Both the position numbers and the translations under genes were made by a program. The notes below the pieces were generated by a model. It was not told the DNA's origin. It ran no database searches and saw only the letters and a program-made list of their open reading frames with translations. Below are positions 38,449-49,189 of a DNA stretch of 64,000 nt, piece after piece (the first letter of the stretch is position 1; each line of letters opens with the position of its first letter). The stretch is from the NCBI GenBank assembly GCA_049515895.1, contig JBEKTQ010000004.1, forward strand, positions 64,001 through 128,000, given 5' to 3'. Origin of the DNA: Candidatus Bathyarchaeia archaeon. GTDB taxonomy: Archaea > Thermoproteota > Bathyarchaeia > Bathyarchaeales > Bathycorpusculaceae.

Positions 38449-39501
38449 GTGATGAATCCTGCGAAAGCTGTTGAGGAGAAGACTCCACGTGAACTTGGGT
38501 ATCGCATGCCTGCTGAATGGTCTAGACATAAGGCAGTCTGGCTTGCTTGGCCGCATGACCCAACAACATTTACTTCTGGCGTTAAGAAGGTTGAAGAAAC
38601 CTTTGTTCAAATAATCAGCTTGCTCCATAAAGACGAGCGCGTGGATCTTTTTGTCAAAGACCAGTGCATGAAGCAAAGAGTATCCAAATTACTTCAAAAC
38701 AATAAGGTTGACCTGAATCAGGTAAGGTTTTTTGAGTTTGGTTACGCTGACGTGTGGTTCCGCGATTACGGCCCCATTTTTGTCAAACGGCACGATGATT
38801 TGGCGATGGTGCATTGGACTTTTAATTCTTGGGGTGAAAAATACGAGGAGCTCATGAAAGATGCACAGGTACCGCATGAGATTAACAAGTTTATGGGGCT
38901 GCGGTGTTTTGAGCCCGGAATTGTTCTGGAAGGAGGCTCCATTGACGTTAACGGAAAAGGAACTCTACTAACCACTGAACAATGCCTCCTAAACAAGAAT
39001 AGGAACCCTTGCCTTAACAAAGAAGAAATCGAAAAGTTCCTGAAAGACTATTTGGGCGTCACTCACATAATTTGGTTGGAGAACGGCATAGCTGGAGATG
39101 ACACCGACGGCCACGTTGACGACTTAGCACGGTTCGTTAATTCAACCAAAGTTGTAGTCGGCTACGACGATGGAGACGATGAGAACAGTGAAGCTCTAAG
39201 ACAAAACTACGAATTGCTTTGTCAATCAACCGACCAGAATGGGAAGAAGCTGAAGGTTATCAAGCTGCCCATGCCGGGAAACGTCTCCTACGAGGGGAAG
39301 AGGCTGCCTGCAAGTTATACGAACTTTTACATAGGCAACAAAACAGTTTTAGTCCCGACTTTTGAAAGTGAAAACGATAAAGTTGCAACAGCTATCCTTC
39401 AGAAACTCTTTCCTAAAAGAAAGGTTGTTGGGGTAAACTGCACCGACCTAATCTGCGGGTTTGGCGCGATTCATTGCATCTCGCAACAGCAGCCAGCTTG
39501 A
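38449..39501 (+). CDS. aguA: Agmatine deiminase
   Basis: MPAEW, WFRDYGP, LEGGSI, DDTDGHVD, ASYTNF, GAIHCISQQQP. Confidence 0.93.
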   Translation: MMNPAKAVEEKTPRELGYRMPAEWSRHKAVWLAWPHDPTTFTSGVKKVEETFVQIISLLHKDERVDLFVKDQCMKQRVSKLLQNNKVDLNQVRFFEFGYADVWFRDYGPIFVKRHDDLAMVHWTFNSWGEKYEELMKDAQVPHEINKFMGLRCFEPGIVLEGGSIDVNGKGTLLTTEQCLLNKNRNPCLNKEEIEKFLKDYLGVTHIIWLENGIAGDDTDGHVDDLARFVNSTKVVVGYDDGDDENSEALRQNYELLCQSTDQNGKKLKVIKLPMPGNVSYEGKRLPASYTNFYIGNKTVLVPTFESENDKVATAILQKLFPKRKVVGVNCTDLICGFGAIHCISQQQPA

Positions 39502-39746
39502 AGGAACAGAAGGTTTTCAGTCTGATTTTGTGAAACTTGAATTGCACTTGGGGTGAATTTTGCCTGCCGATTAAGAGCTAATGTTTAGCCCTGCATTTTT
39601 GAGAGGACTCGAATCCGACAATTTTTCACATAGAAATCGACAAATCAAGGGCTTCATTGCACAAGTGTACAATTTGCATTGGCGTCTTACGGAAGATTTT
39701 AAATACTAAGTAATGGCAAAATGGGGCTGATTGGACAACAGCTAAT

Positions 39747-42503
39747 ATGCTTATGTTCAATCAAAAAAAAACACAAAATAAAGGAAGAAAAAAGAAAATG
39801 AAAAACACAAAAAACAAAATTGCAGCTATAGCCATTTCGATCGTAATGATATTCATTATGGGCTCATCAGCAATGATGGCACCGAGCGCACATGCACAGA
39901 CCACAGGCAGCGTCCTTGTTCCAACATTAGCCTATTGCAACGTTGCACCTAATCCATGCGGAGTCGGACAAATAGTCACCATTGGCTTCTGGCTCGCAGA
40001 CCCCATGTTTGACAGCGAACACGCAAAAGGTCTGCAAGTTTTCGTCACCACCCCAGCGGGAGTAACATCCACCTTAGGGAACTTCACTGCAGACTTAACA
40101 GGCGGCACATTCACTACATACACTCCAAGCACAGTCGGCAACTACACATTCTGGATGGTTTATGGTGGACAGCAATACACAGGAACCAGCAGTATATACT
40201 ATAACCAAGGAAGCACAAGTGAAAAAACCACACTCCTAGTGACAAACGAACCAAGAGGCGGCTTACCAGATACACCGCTTCCGACAAACTACTGGCAAAC
40301 ACCAGTTAACGCCGAAAACGTCCAACTTTGGTCTGCAATAACAGGCTCATGGTTGGGCTTTGCAGCAAACACATTCGCAGCAACTGGAGGCTACAACTTT
40401 ACAGGCAACTATAACCCGTACACACAAACACCCAAATCCGCCCACATCCTCTGGACAAAACAATATTGCGGAGGCGGAGTAGCAGGCGGCGAACTAGGCG
40501 GCAGCGAACAATTCAGCAGTTACTGGGTAACCTCACAGTATGAACCCAAATATGCCCCAGTCATAATCAACGGAGTAGAATACTCAACATGGTACACTAG
40601 CAGTACAAGCAGCAAACAAGGAATCATCGCAATTGACCTCTTCAGCGGCAAAACCCTATGGGTCATCAACACAACAAGCACTCTGAGATGCGGCATGGTC
40701 ACTGACTTCGAAAACATCAACCAATACGGGGTCACCGGACCATTCATCATCACAACAGGCGCATTGTTAGCGAGCGAGACAGGCGGAATGGCACCAAGCT
40801 GGCACAACACTGGAACTGAATTCAACATCTATGACGGCTTAACAGGGCAATTCCTCTGTGCAGTCGTCAACGGATCAGCCCCAGGATACTTAGGTGAAGA
40901 CGCACACGGAAACATCATCGGCTACGGCACAAACAGCACTGCTGGATCCATGACCGTAACATGGGCTGGAACCGCGCTGCTTGGAACCGTGACAACTACT
41001 CATACTTTCGTTGTGAACTCGACTTTAGGACCCAACCTGTACCTTTGGAACTTGAGTCTTGCCTTGAACTTCAATGCCGCGTTCAACTTCGGCTTCTCTC
41101 TGAACCAAGCGTTCCTCTGGAAGAACGGAGTCATGTGGTCTAACCCAATGGGCGCATACCTCAACGGCGCACTCGTATCAGGCCTAACTGGAGGCGGCTT
41201 CGGCTTCAGCGTATGGGGACAAAACACCATAGTCACATCAACCGGAACCGTTTCAGTCGCAGAGCAAAGAGGATACCAAGTAGAAGCAGGCTTCAGCACG
41301 AAAGACGGACACATGGAATGGATATACAACCGCACAAGCGCTGATACACCGATGCTCAACCCGGCATATACCAGACTAAGCAACACACCATCATTGGCCG
41401 ACGGAATCTACGTGGAAATCAACCAGAACTCATACGTGGCGGAAGGCTTCAACGTTGACACAGGCAAATCAGTATGGACAAGCAACCTGAACGTTCCAAT
41501 GGCAGACGGCAACATGCCGAACCCCTACGACTCATTTGACTTCGAAACCGTCCCAGATGCGACCTCAGGCGTATTATACGTTTGGGCTTTAGGCGGCGAC
41601 GTGTGGGCACTAAACATAACCAACGGCGCAATCATTTGGTCATGGAGCACATACCAACTTCACGGTCCAGCAGGAACCGAATCACCTTACGGAACTTATC
41701 CACTATGGGTCTTCTCAGATGAAGCTCTAGCTGGACAAGGCGCAAACACTGTTCTTTACCTCTCTGAAGGACACGAATACGACCCACCGCTGTTCCACGG
41801 CGCACACGAACTAGCATTCGACGGCAACACAGGAAAACTGCTCTGGAGCAACTTAGGCTTTGACGACACAGCAACGGCAGTTGCATACGGCGTCATGACA
41901 ACCATCAACGCATACGACGGACAAGTCTACGCTTACGCACAAGGACCTAGCAAAACAACAGTCAACGCACCTTCAGTCGGCGTAACAACAAAAACACCAA
42001 TAACCATCAGCGGCACAGTCACAGACATATCCGCAGGCGCATCACAACCAGCAGTCGCAGCAAACTTCCCCAACGGTCTGCCTTGCGTATCAGACGATAG
42101 CATGAGCGGATTGATGGAAGCCGCTTACGAACAGCAGCCAATGCCACACAACTTGACAGGCGTTCCAGTTAACATATACGTCCTCGACAGCAACAACAAC
42201 TATCGATCGATAGGCACAACTACATCTGATGCAAGCGGAACTTACGGCTTAACTTGGACACCTGACATTGCAGGCAACTACACAGTATACGCAGTCTTCG
42301 CAGGCACTAATGGATACTACGGATCAGCAGCCACAGCGCACTTCTTCGCCGGTTCACCAGAACCAACAGCAGCACCAACAGCAACACCACTCAGCGGCGT
42401 CGCCACACAAAGCACGCTAATGTACATAGGCATCGCAATCATCATCGTGATAGTTATTATCGGCGCTGTACTCGCAATTCTCGTCACAAGAAAACATCCA
42501 TGA
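39747..42503 (+). CDS. Large membrane-anchored PQQ-like beta-propeller surface protein, paralog 1
   Basis: Signal peptide, repeated xxTGKxxW propeller motifs, Ig-like C-terminal domain, P/T linker, TM, RKHP; start may be 39798. Confidence 0.8.
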   Translation: MLMFNQKKTQNKGRKKKMKNTKNKIAAIAISIVMIFIMGSSAMMAPSAHAQTTGSVLVPTLAYCNVAPNPCGVGQIVTIGFWLADPMFDSEHAKGLQVFVTTPAGVTSTLGNFTADLTGGTFTTYTPSTVGNYTFWMVYGGQQYTGTSSIYYNQGSTSEKTTLLVTNEPRGGLPDTPLPTNYWQTPVNAENVQLWSAITGSWLGFAANTFAATGGYNFTGNYNPYTQTPKSAHILWTKQYCGGGVAGGELGGSEQFSSYWVTSQYEPKYAPVIINGVEYSTWYTSSTSSKQGIIAIDLFSGKTLWVINTTSTLRCGMVTDFENINQYGVTGPFIITTGALLASETGGMAPSWHNTGTEFNIYDGLTGQFLCAVVNGSAPGYLGEDAHGNIIGYGTNSTAGSMTVTWAGTALLGTVTTTHTFVVNSTLGPNLYLWNLSLALNFNAAFNFGFSLNQAFLWKNGVMWSNPMGAYLNGALVSGLTGGGFGFSVWGQNTIVTSTGTVSVAEQRGYQVEAGFSTKDGHMEWIYNRTSADTPMLNPAYTRLSNTPSLADGIYVEINQNSYVAEGFNVDTGKSVWTSNLNVPMADGNMPNPYDSFDFETVPDATSGVLYVWALGGDVWALNITNGAIIWSWSTYQLHGPAGTESPYGTYPLWVFSDEALAGQGANTVLYLSEGHEYDPPLFHGAHELAFDGNTGKLLWSNLGFDDTATAVAYGVMTTINAYDGQVYAYAQGPSKTTVNAPSVGVTTKTPITISGTVTDISAGASQPAVAANFPNGLPCVSDDSMSGLMEAAYEQQPMPHNLTGVPVNIYVLDSNNNYRSIGTTTSDASGTYGLTWTPDIAGNYTVYAVFAGTNGYYGSAATAHFFAGSPEPTAAPTATPLSGVATQSTLMYIGIAIIIVIVIIGAVLAILVTRKHP

Positions 42504-42550
42504 GCTAAAAAACAAAACAAAAACACTTTCCCTTTTTTATTTTTTTTATT
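42504..42550 (+). terminator. Oligo-T archaeal terminator
   Basis: A-rich tract followed by ctttcccttttttatttttttatt after the stop; similar tracts follow 1955 and 45619. Confidence 0.5.
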
Positions 42551-42910
42551 CTAATCAACACAAAATTTAACTTCCGATGCTCCAGTTTTTTCGACACTGA
42601 TACCAGTAGCCGAACAAACAATTGCGTCTTTTTTCAACTTCTGCTGAAAGTCGGATCAAGTCTCACATCTATTAGACGCGAAAAAAGATGGGTAAAGCTG
42701 CCGGTTCTACACGCAAAAATCTCAATTTGAACTAATTCCAAGAAAACGACAAGAGTTTTTTCGATCGCTTATGGAACAAAAAAGAAACGAAATCAAGGCT
42801 ACACTTCAAAAAGCGGACACTCAGCGGACGTTCCGCATAAGTTTTAAATACCCTATCGACGAAGGGACTCGTTGAGCAACCTATTGCTCGACAAAATATA
42901 AAGTAAAAGG

Positions 42911-45619
42911 ATGAAAAAGAAAATGAAAATGGTAAAAAACAAAATTGCAGCAATCGTAATTTCGATGCTTATGATAACAGTAATCGGAGCTTCAACAGCA
43001 CTATCAACGGCACATGGACAAATTAACATTCCAACGATATCCTTCTGCAACGTTGCCCCTAACCCATGCGGTGTCGGACAAACCGTGACAGTTAACTTTT
43101 GGCTTGCAGTACCACTGGCATCCAGTGAAGTCGCCACGAACATGACAATTAAGGTTACAACCCCTGCTGGAACAACTTCAACACTGGGTCCATTCACTTC
43201 AGACCTAACCGGCGGTACATTCACCACGTACACTCCCTCTTCACTTGGCAATTACACATTCCAATTGATTTACGGAGGACAATACTACAAGGTACCACCC
43301 TACACAGGCGACTACAATGAACCTAGCGTAAGTGCACCAACCACCCTAGTGGTGACGTCAACGCCGAGAGGCGGTTTAGCGGATACTCCGCTCCCAACAA
43401 ATTATTGGGAGGCACCAGTTTCCGCTGAAAACGTCCAACTCTGGGCAGGCATCAGCGGAGGCTGGATGGGATACGTCGCAAACACATTTGCCAACACTGG
43501 CGGATACAATGCCTCAGGCAACTACAACCCATACACGATGGCACCAGCATCTGCGCACATCCTGTGGACAAAGCCTTGGTGCGTAGGAGGAGCAGCAGGT
43601 GGACCACTCGGCAACAACGAACAATCCAGCAGCTACTGGACAACTTCGCAGTACGATCCTAAATATGCACCAATAATAATGGACGGCATAGAATACTCCA
43701 CTTGGTATACAACGCAAACTGGCAGCTCACAAGGAATAATGGCCTTCAATCTGTACACTGGACAAACCCTATGGGTAATAAACACAACATACGCATTGAA
43801 AGCCGGTATGATTATCAACTTTCCAACCATTGACCAGTACGGCTGTGTTGGCCCATACATCTTTGCTACTGACGGCGGTGGATTCTTCAGCCCTACAACA
43901 ACTTGGTACATGTACGATGGTTTAACTGGACAATACGTCGCTAAAGTTTCGAACGCTCCTTCATTCGCTTTGATGGGCGCTGATGCAAACGGAAACATAA
44001 TCGGATACGCTGTCGCCACCAACGCGAGTTTCTTCGGTCCCACAAATCCAACACTGACTGTTCAGATTCCAAACGTTAACGGCAACGGATTGCAGGGCTA
44101 TACATCTAAAACCTTCAACACCCTCCTTAACGGACCAGTATTGGAGATGTACAACTTAACACAAGCTTTCATTGCATCAGGTGCTGTATCAGCTCTAGGC
44201 GGACTATTCGACTGGACAGTACCACTAAACACTGTGTTTAATTGGAACACTGGATTACAGTGGGCTGTTACAGAAAACTCGATCCTCAACGGCGTCGTTG
44301 TACAAGGTCTCGGCAATGGCTTCTTCTCAACGTCTGCGTGGTCAGGAAATACACTAGTGTTCCAAACTGGCACTGTATCTGTCGCAGAATCTGAAGGCTG
44401 GGTAATCGAAGGCGGCTGGAATGCACAAACAGGCGCACTGATGTGGATAACGAACAGGACAGGAGGCATCTACAACCCGTCTTTTACAAGGATCAGCAAC
44501 ACACCATCGGCAGCAGCAGGAATCTACGTCGAAATCAACCAAGACTCATACCAAATGGCAGGATACTCGCTGACTACAGGCCAGCAAGTTTGGACAAACA
44601 GTCTTAATGTACGCATGGCTGACGGCAACATGCCAAACCAATACGATTCCTTTGACTTCGAAACCGTACCTGACGCAACAACCGGCGTGCTATACGTTTG
44701 GGCCTTAGGAGGAGACGTTTGGGCAGTCAACGAGACTAACGGCAACATTCTATGGTCCTGGAGTACATACCAGATAAATGGACCCGCTGGAACTGAATCG
44801 CCATACGGCATTTACCCACTTTGGGTCTTCTCAGATGAAGCCCTAGCAGGCCAAGGCGCTAACACAATTCTATACCTTTCTGAAGGACACGAATACAACC
44901 CACCACTGTTACACGGCGTACTCCAACTAGCACTCAACGCTAACACTGGGCAACTGGTCTGGAGCAATCTGGGCTTTGACGATACAGCAACTGCAGTAGC
45001 ATACGGTGTCATGACCACATTCAATTCATACGACGGACAAATCTACGCATACTCACAGGGACCAAGCAAAACAACTATCAGTGCCCCAGAGGCCGGCATT
45101 TCAGTAGGAACACCTATCACGGTAACTGGCAGGGTTACTGATGTCTCACCCGGTGCATCGCAATCAGCAGTCGCAAAGAACTTCCCCAACGGACTACCCT
45201 GCGTATCCGAAGCGAGCATGACCCAATTCATGGAGGCAGTTTACGAGCAGCAGCCAATGCCACACAATGCAACAGGAGTTCAAGTTGTATTATCAGTCTT
45301 AGACAATAACGGCAACTATAGAACAATCGGTACGACCACAACAAATGCTCTTGGGGACTACGGCTACACGTGGGCACCTGACATTGCAGGCAACTACACA
45401 GTCTATGCTACATTCCCAGGCTCAGCAGGCTACTACTCATCATCTGCCTCAACATTCTTCTACGCCAGCAGCGCGCATCCAACAGAGGCACCAACAGCAA
45501 CACCGCTCACTGGAGTATCCTCAGAGAACACTCTCGTCTACGGAATCGCAGCAATCATCATCGTGATAATAATAATCGGCGCCATACTCGCAATTCTCGT
45601 CACAAGAAAACACCCATAA
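42911..45619 (+). CDS. Large membrane-anchored PQQ-like beta-propeller surface protein, paralog 2
   Basis: Collinear with paralog 1, sharing many long identical peptides. Confidence 0.8.
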   Translation: MKKKMKMVKNKIAAIVISMLMITVIGASTALSTAHGQINIPTISFCNVAPNPCGVGQTVTVNFWLAVPLASSEVATNMTIKVTTPAGTTSTLGPFTSDLTGGTFTTYTPSSLGNYTFQLIYGGQYYKVPPYTGDYNEPSVSAPTTLVVTSTPRGGLADTPLPTNYWEAPVSAENVQLWAGISGGWMGYVANTFANTGGYNASGNYNPYTMAPASAHILWTKPWCVGGAAGGPLGNNEQSSSYWTTSQYDPKYAPIIMDGIEYSTWYTTQTGSSQGIMAFNLYTGQTLWVINTTYALKAGMIINFPTIDQYGCVGPYIFATDGGGFFSPTTTWYMYDGLTGQYVAKVSNAPSFALMGADANGNIIGYAVATNASFFGPTNPTLTVQIPNVNGNGLQGYTSKTFNTLLNGPVLEMYNLTQAFIASGAVSALGGLFDWTVPLNTVFNWNTGLQWAVTENSILNGVVVQGLGNGFFSTSAWSGNTLVFQTGTVSVAESEGWVIEGGWNAQTGALMWITNRTGGIYNPSFTRISNTPSAAAGIYVEINQDSYQMAGYSLTTGQQVWTNSLNVRMADGNMPNQYDSFDFETVPDATTGVLYVWALGGDVWAVNETNGNILWSWSTYQINGPAGTESPYGIYPLWVFSDEALAGQGANTILYLSEGHEYNPPLLHGVLQLALNANTGQLVWSNLGFDDTATAVAYGVMTTFNSYDGQIYAYSQGPSKTTISAPEAGISVGTPITVTGRVTDVSPGASQSAVAKNFPNGLPCVSEASMTQFMEAVYEQQPMPHNATGVQVVLSVLDNNGNYRTIGTTTTNALGDYGYTWAPDIAGNYTVYATFPGSAGYYSSSASTFFYASSAHPTEAPTATPLTGVSSENTLVYGIAAIIIVIIIIGAILAILVTRKHP

Positions 45620-45887
45620 AACCAAGAATCCAAACAAAAACCCTTTTCTTTTTTTTAATTTGTAAATCAATCCAGAAGGGTCACTTTAGAAGATGCTGGT
45701 TAACTTGTTTGAACAGATTAATAATGTACAATCTCTGCTAATCCTAAATTTTCTGCTGAGAAACGAAAAAAGGTTTAGCTAAGGCTAAAGTATTCCCTTC
45801 TCCAATTAGCCAGCGTTCCCAAAAGTTGTGATGCTTCTAAGAAACTGGACAGACGTGTCCACATAAAAACATTAATGGAAAGACGTT

Positions 45888-46880
45888 TTACTGCATTTTG
45901 GTGCTTTTCTGTTGTTGTGGTAGTGTGACTGGGATAATTGTTGCTTTTGAAAGGTTTTCCTGTTCATTGAGGATTAGCGATATGGCTTTGCCTTCGGGAA
46001 CAATAATCTTTGTGTTGTTCTGCAACGAGGCCACGATGGTGTCCAGTTGCTTGAAGACAACTGCGCTGTCCTTGAAGTACGTTGTCAATGCTTCATTTCT
46101 GAGCTTGGTCGCTTGAGCGTCGCCCTCAGCAATCGTAACCGTTGCCGTTTTTTGGCCTTCAGCTTGAAGAATGGCTGCTTGTTTCTGTCCTTCTGCAACC
46201 TGAATCGTGGCATTTTTCTGTCCGCTGGCCAAAGTAGCTTGGGCTATCGCTGTTTTCTCAGCTGCCTGCCGTTCGTTGTCTGCTTTTAGCACGGACTCCA
46301 TGGATATGATGAGTTCTCTCGGCGGCTCCAAATCTTTGATTTCTGCCCGCACGATTTCAATTCCCCACTTCTCCGTCTGTTGGTCCAGTGCCATCTTGAG
46401 GCTGGTGTTAATTACGGGTCTGGACGTGTTCGCTATTGCCATGTCCATTCCGCCTATGATGTCTCTGAGTACTGTTCGTGCGAGCGTGTCTATTTGGGCA
46501 GAGAAGTTTGCCACGTTGTATTGGGAAGCCTTTACGGAAGTTTCGTCAGGCTTGATCTTGTAGAACACAACCGCATCGACACCCATGAAAACCTTGTCTT
46601 TCGTGATGACATCTTGGCGCTGAACAGGCGTCATTCTTTCAGTAATGTTGACTTTTAGCAGACGGTCCATAAATGGAAAAAGAAAGGTAATTCCTCCTTC
46701 GACAAAACGGTGATACTTGCCAAAACGCTCCACCAAACCCTTGTCTATGGGTCTAATAATACGGATCGACAAAACAAGCGCATAGATAACTATGACAATA
46801 ACGATTATTGGCAATACTATAGCCATTATTTCAAGTGCACTCAACCGAGCACCCCTCTCTGCCATCGTAATCATACGCAA
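45888..46880 (-). CDS. SPFH/band-7 (QmcA-like) protein
   Basis: GLVERFGKY, QDVITKD, LRDIIG, WGIEIVRAEIKD, repeated AEGQK. Confidence 0.9.
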   Translation of the reverse strand: MRMITMAERGARLSALEIMAIVLPIIVIVIVIYALVLSIRIIRPIDKGLVERFGKYHRFVEGGITFLFPFMDRLLKVNITERMTPVQRQDVITKDKVFMGVDAVVFYKIKPDETSVKASQYNVANFSAQIDTLARTVLRDIIGGMDMAIANTSRPVINTSLKMALDQQTEKWGIEIVRAEIKDLEPPRELIISMESVLKADNERQAAEKTAIAQATLASGQKNATIQVAEGQKQAAILQAEGQKTATVTIAEGDAQATKLRNEALTTYFKDSAVVFKQLDTIVASLQNNTKIIVPEGKAISLILNEQENLSKATIIPVTLPQQQKSTKMQ

Positions 46881-47050
46881 ACGCTTTTAAAATTTTCTAA
46901 CAACGTTTTTCTTCATAAAACAGAAAAATCGGAAAGTGAAAGATTCAGTAACAGGTCAACTCTACGCTGTTCCTGATTTCAAAAAGCACAGAAATTTTGG
47001 GTTGGGTTCAAGGAAGATCTAAATCTATTATTTGACGTTCTTTACATCAA

Positions 47051-47545
47051 TTATTGGTTAAGCTGGAAATCATAAACGTCCCATTTATATTGCAGAAAGA
47101 TGGGAGGTTCCGAGATTGCTTTCAAAGAACTTTGATTGCTATGGATTGATAAAGAAATTGAAAAACTAGTTACGGTGGAGATAATAGAAAAGTAAACATC
47201 TCTTGAGACCGAATCACCTGCATTAAGGTCCCAACTAAATTCTGTTGAGGTTGTGTTAATTTGATTGTATGGTTGTTCTGTTATTGTTGAAAAGGTCGCA
47301 TTAACAAATGTTATGACAAGACTAAAATCTCCGGTCGTCTTGCCAGTATTGGCAGAATAGATAACAATGTAATTTTTTGTTCCTGTACTGTTAAAGAAAT
47401 AAGGTGTTGATGAAAACGAATAGTAGATGATTGCTTGGTTTTCATTTACAGGAGCTTGATTTTCTTCGTAGATTATTAAAAAGGTAGCGAACAGGACAAT
47501 TGATATAACTAAGATAGCAAGAGCGAATTGTTTATTTTTGTTAAT
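47051..47545 (-). CDS. Membrane-anchored secreted protein missed by the ORF track (probable ATT start)
   Basis: 164 open codons: INKNKQFALAILVISIVLFATFLIIY...; S/T/N-rich with N-x-S/T sequons; GAGGA upstream; no in-frame ATG/GTG/TTG near the 5' end. Confidence 0.6.
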   Translation of the reverse strand: MNKNKQFALAILVISIVLFATFLIIYEENQAPVNENQAIIYYSFSSTPYFFNSTGTKNYIVIYSANTGKTTGDFSLVITFVNATFSTITEQPYNQINTTSTEFSWDLNAGDSVSRDVYFSIISTVTSFSISLSIHSNQSSLKAISEPPIFLQYKWDVYDFQLNQ

Positions 47546-48021
47546 TCTAATATCCTCAATTATCTGTTATTTTCATGCGGATTTAAGACTTATCGTTCTT
47601 TTTCTTTCTTGACCAGTTTTGTCTTTTCTAGGTTTAATTGTTAGCGCTTAAAAGTCTAAGCCAAAGCTAAAATAAGAATAGGATTTTTGATATAATCCCA
47701 ATTCTGAAATATGCCTTTTAAGCCTCAGATGCCACTTCTTTGTTTGAGGAGAAAGGGGAGCTTCTCACCAATTTTTAAAGAAATTAGAAATTCAGTGGAC
47801 TCAAAGAGAATCTCTTGTTTGTTTGGAAACACTAAGCTAAATTAGGTGTTAAATGAATTTAGTTCAAGCGCGCCCGATGGGAGGGGCTTAAGCTATTAAG
47901 CGGCTCCCAAGAAGCCAACCAGCGTTGCTATTGAAAAAACTTTTCGTCTATCAAAAGTTGCCCGCACCTAGCTTATTCCGGAAAGTGTTTGAATCCTCGC
48001 TTAGAATAGACTGTCTGGCGA

Positions 48022-48708
48022 TCATTTGCCCTTTCCAAAGAGTATTCTAAGGGCATCTTCATCCGTTAGGTCGTACCAATTTTCGTAAGCGGCTGCGACG
48101 GCGAATGACGGGCCGCTCCTTATGTTTAGACATACAATTTCGTCCACTTCAGGCATGAGCAGTTCGACAGCGCCCAAGGAAGCCGTCGGCACAGCCACGA
48201 TTATTTTTTTAGGTTGGCTCTTCCTCGCGGATCTAACTGCAGCTAACATCGTGAATCCGGAGGCCAACCCGTCGTCCACAAGAATGATTATTTTATCCCT
48301 TAATTGCGGCAGGCATTTATCTCCTCGGAACTTTCTAAGCCTCTCTTGAACATTTCTCTTAGCTTTCGAGATCGACTCCTCTATCTCTTCATTGGTCAGA
48401 CCTAACTGTTCAACCAGAGGTTCGTTCAGGATTGTTTCGCCGTCCCACGTTACTGCTCCGAATCCGGCCTCAGTGTTCCATGGAATTTGGGTTTTCCTAA
48501 CGATCACTACATCCATTGGAACGGCGAGTTCCTTCGCAATCACATTGCCAACCGGGATTCCGCCTGCGGGGATAGCTAAAACGATTGCATTCTTTTCCTG
48601 ACAATACTCTCGAAGTTTCTCGGCGAGAAGTTTGCCGGCCTGAAACCTGTCACGAAACACCTGCACTCGTTCCCTTAAAGTGGGCTCTTCAACGATCTTG
48701 GCAACCAT
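48022..48708 (-). CDS. Phosphoribosyltransferase-family protein
   Basis: FRDRFQAG, LAIPAGGIPV, ILVDDGLASGFT PRPP loop, AVPTA. Confidence 0.88.
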   Translation of the reverse strand: MVAKIVEEPTLRERVQVFRDRFQAGKLLAEKLREYCQEKNAIVLAIPAGGIPVGNVIAKELAVPMDVVIVRKTQIPWNTEAGFGAVTWDGETILNEPLVEQLGLTNEEIEESISKAKRNVQERLRKFRGDKCLPQLRDKIIILVDDGLASGFTMLAAVRSARKSQPKKIIVAVPTASLGAVELLMPEVDEIVCLNIRSGPSFAVAAAYENWYDLTDEDALRILFGKGK

Positions 48709-48778
48709 GATTTAAACCTGACAGAAATAAATTATTAACATCATCTTGAGGCAATTATATGTTTTCAGCCATTGACTC

Positions 48779-49060
48779 GTGAATGCTAGAAACATTCGGA
48801 AAACTGAAAATACGTTTTTGGAAATTGTAGCTTTATCAGACGCTAAGTTTTATGTCGAGAATCGTAATATTACGAACTACGAAATAAGCATATTATATCT
48901 TCTTATACAAGATAAACTTGGATGTTTAAAGATGCAAATGTCAAATGAACCTTATCAACCCATTGTCTTGACGTTAGAAAAACTATGCAGTGATTGGGAT
49001 ATTCCTGAGATAAGTTCCAAGCGAACAAAACCAATAAAATTGGCGCAGCTTAGAGTTTGA
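48779..49060 (+). CDS. Hypothetical protein
   Basis: 93-aa AT-rich ORF; no motif. Confidence 0.3.
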   Translation: MNARNIRKTENTFLEIVALSDAKFYVENRNITNYEISILYLLIQDKLGCLKMQMSNEPYQPIVLTLEKLCSDWDIPEISSKRTKPIKLAQLRV

Positions 49061-49189
49061 ATCCTTTTTCTTTATCCCCTTCACAATCAGCTTGAACATA
49101 AGAAATCAGTCGAAGCCAAATTAACCAGACCCATAAAGTCTTTGAGTTTGTAAGGGTTGTTATTGAAAACCTTTTTATTATAAAGGTTC

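Noticed and set aside
39747-45619. Diversity-generating retroelement acting on the paralogs
   Set aside because: No reverse transcriptase and no template/variable repeat pair with adenine-specific differences seen.
47868-47882. gcgcgcccgatggga as the left att of the older element
   Set aside because: Resembles a tRNA 3' end in reverse, but it is only 15 nt, has several mismatches to the tRNA-Arg att and has no Int(C) beside it.
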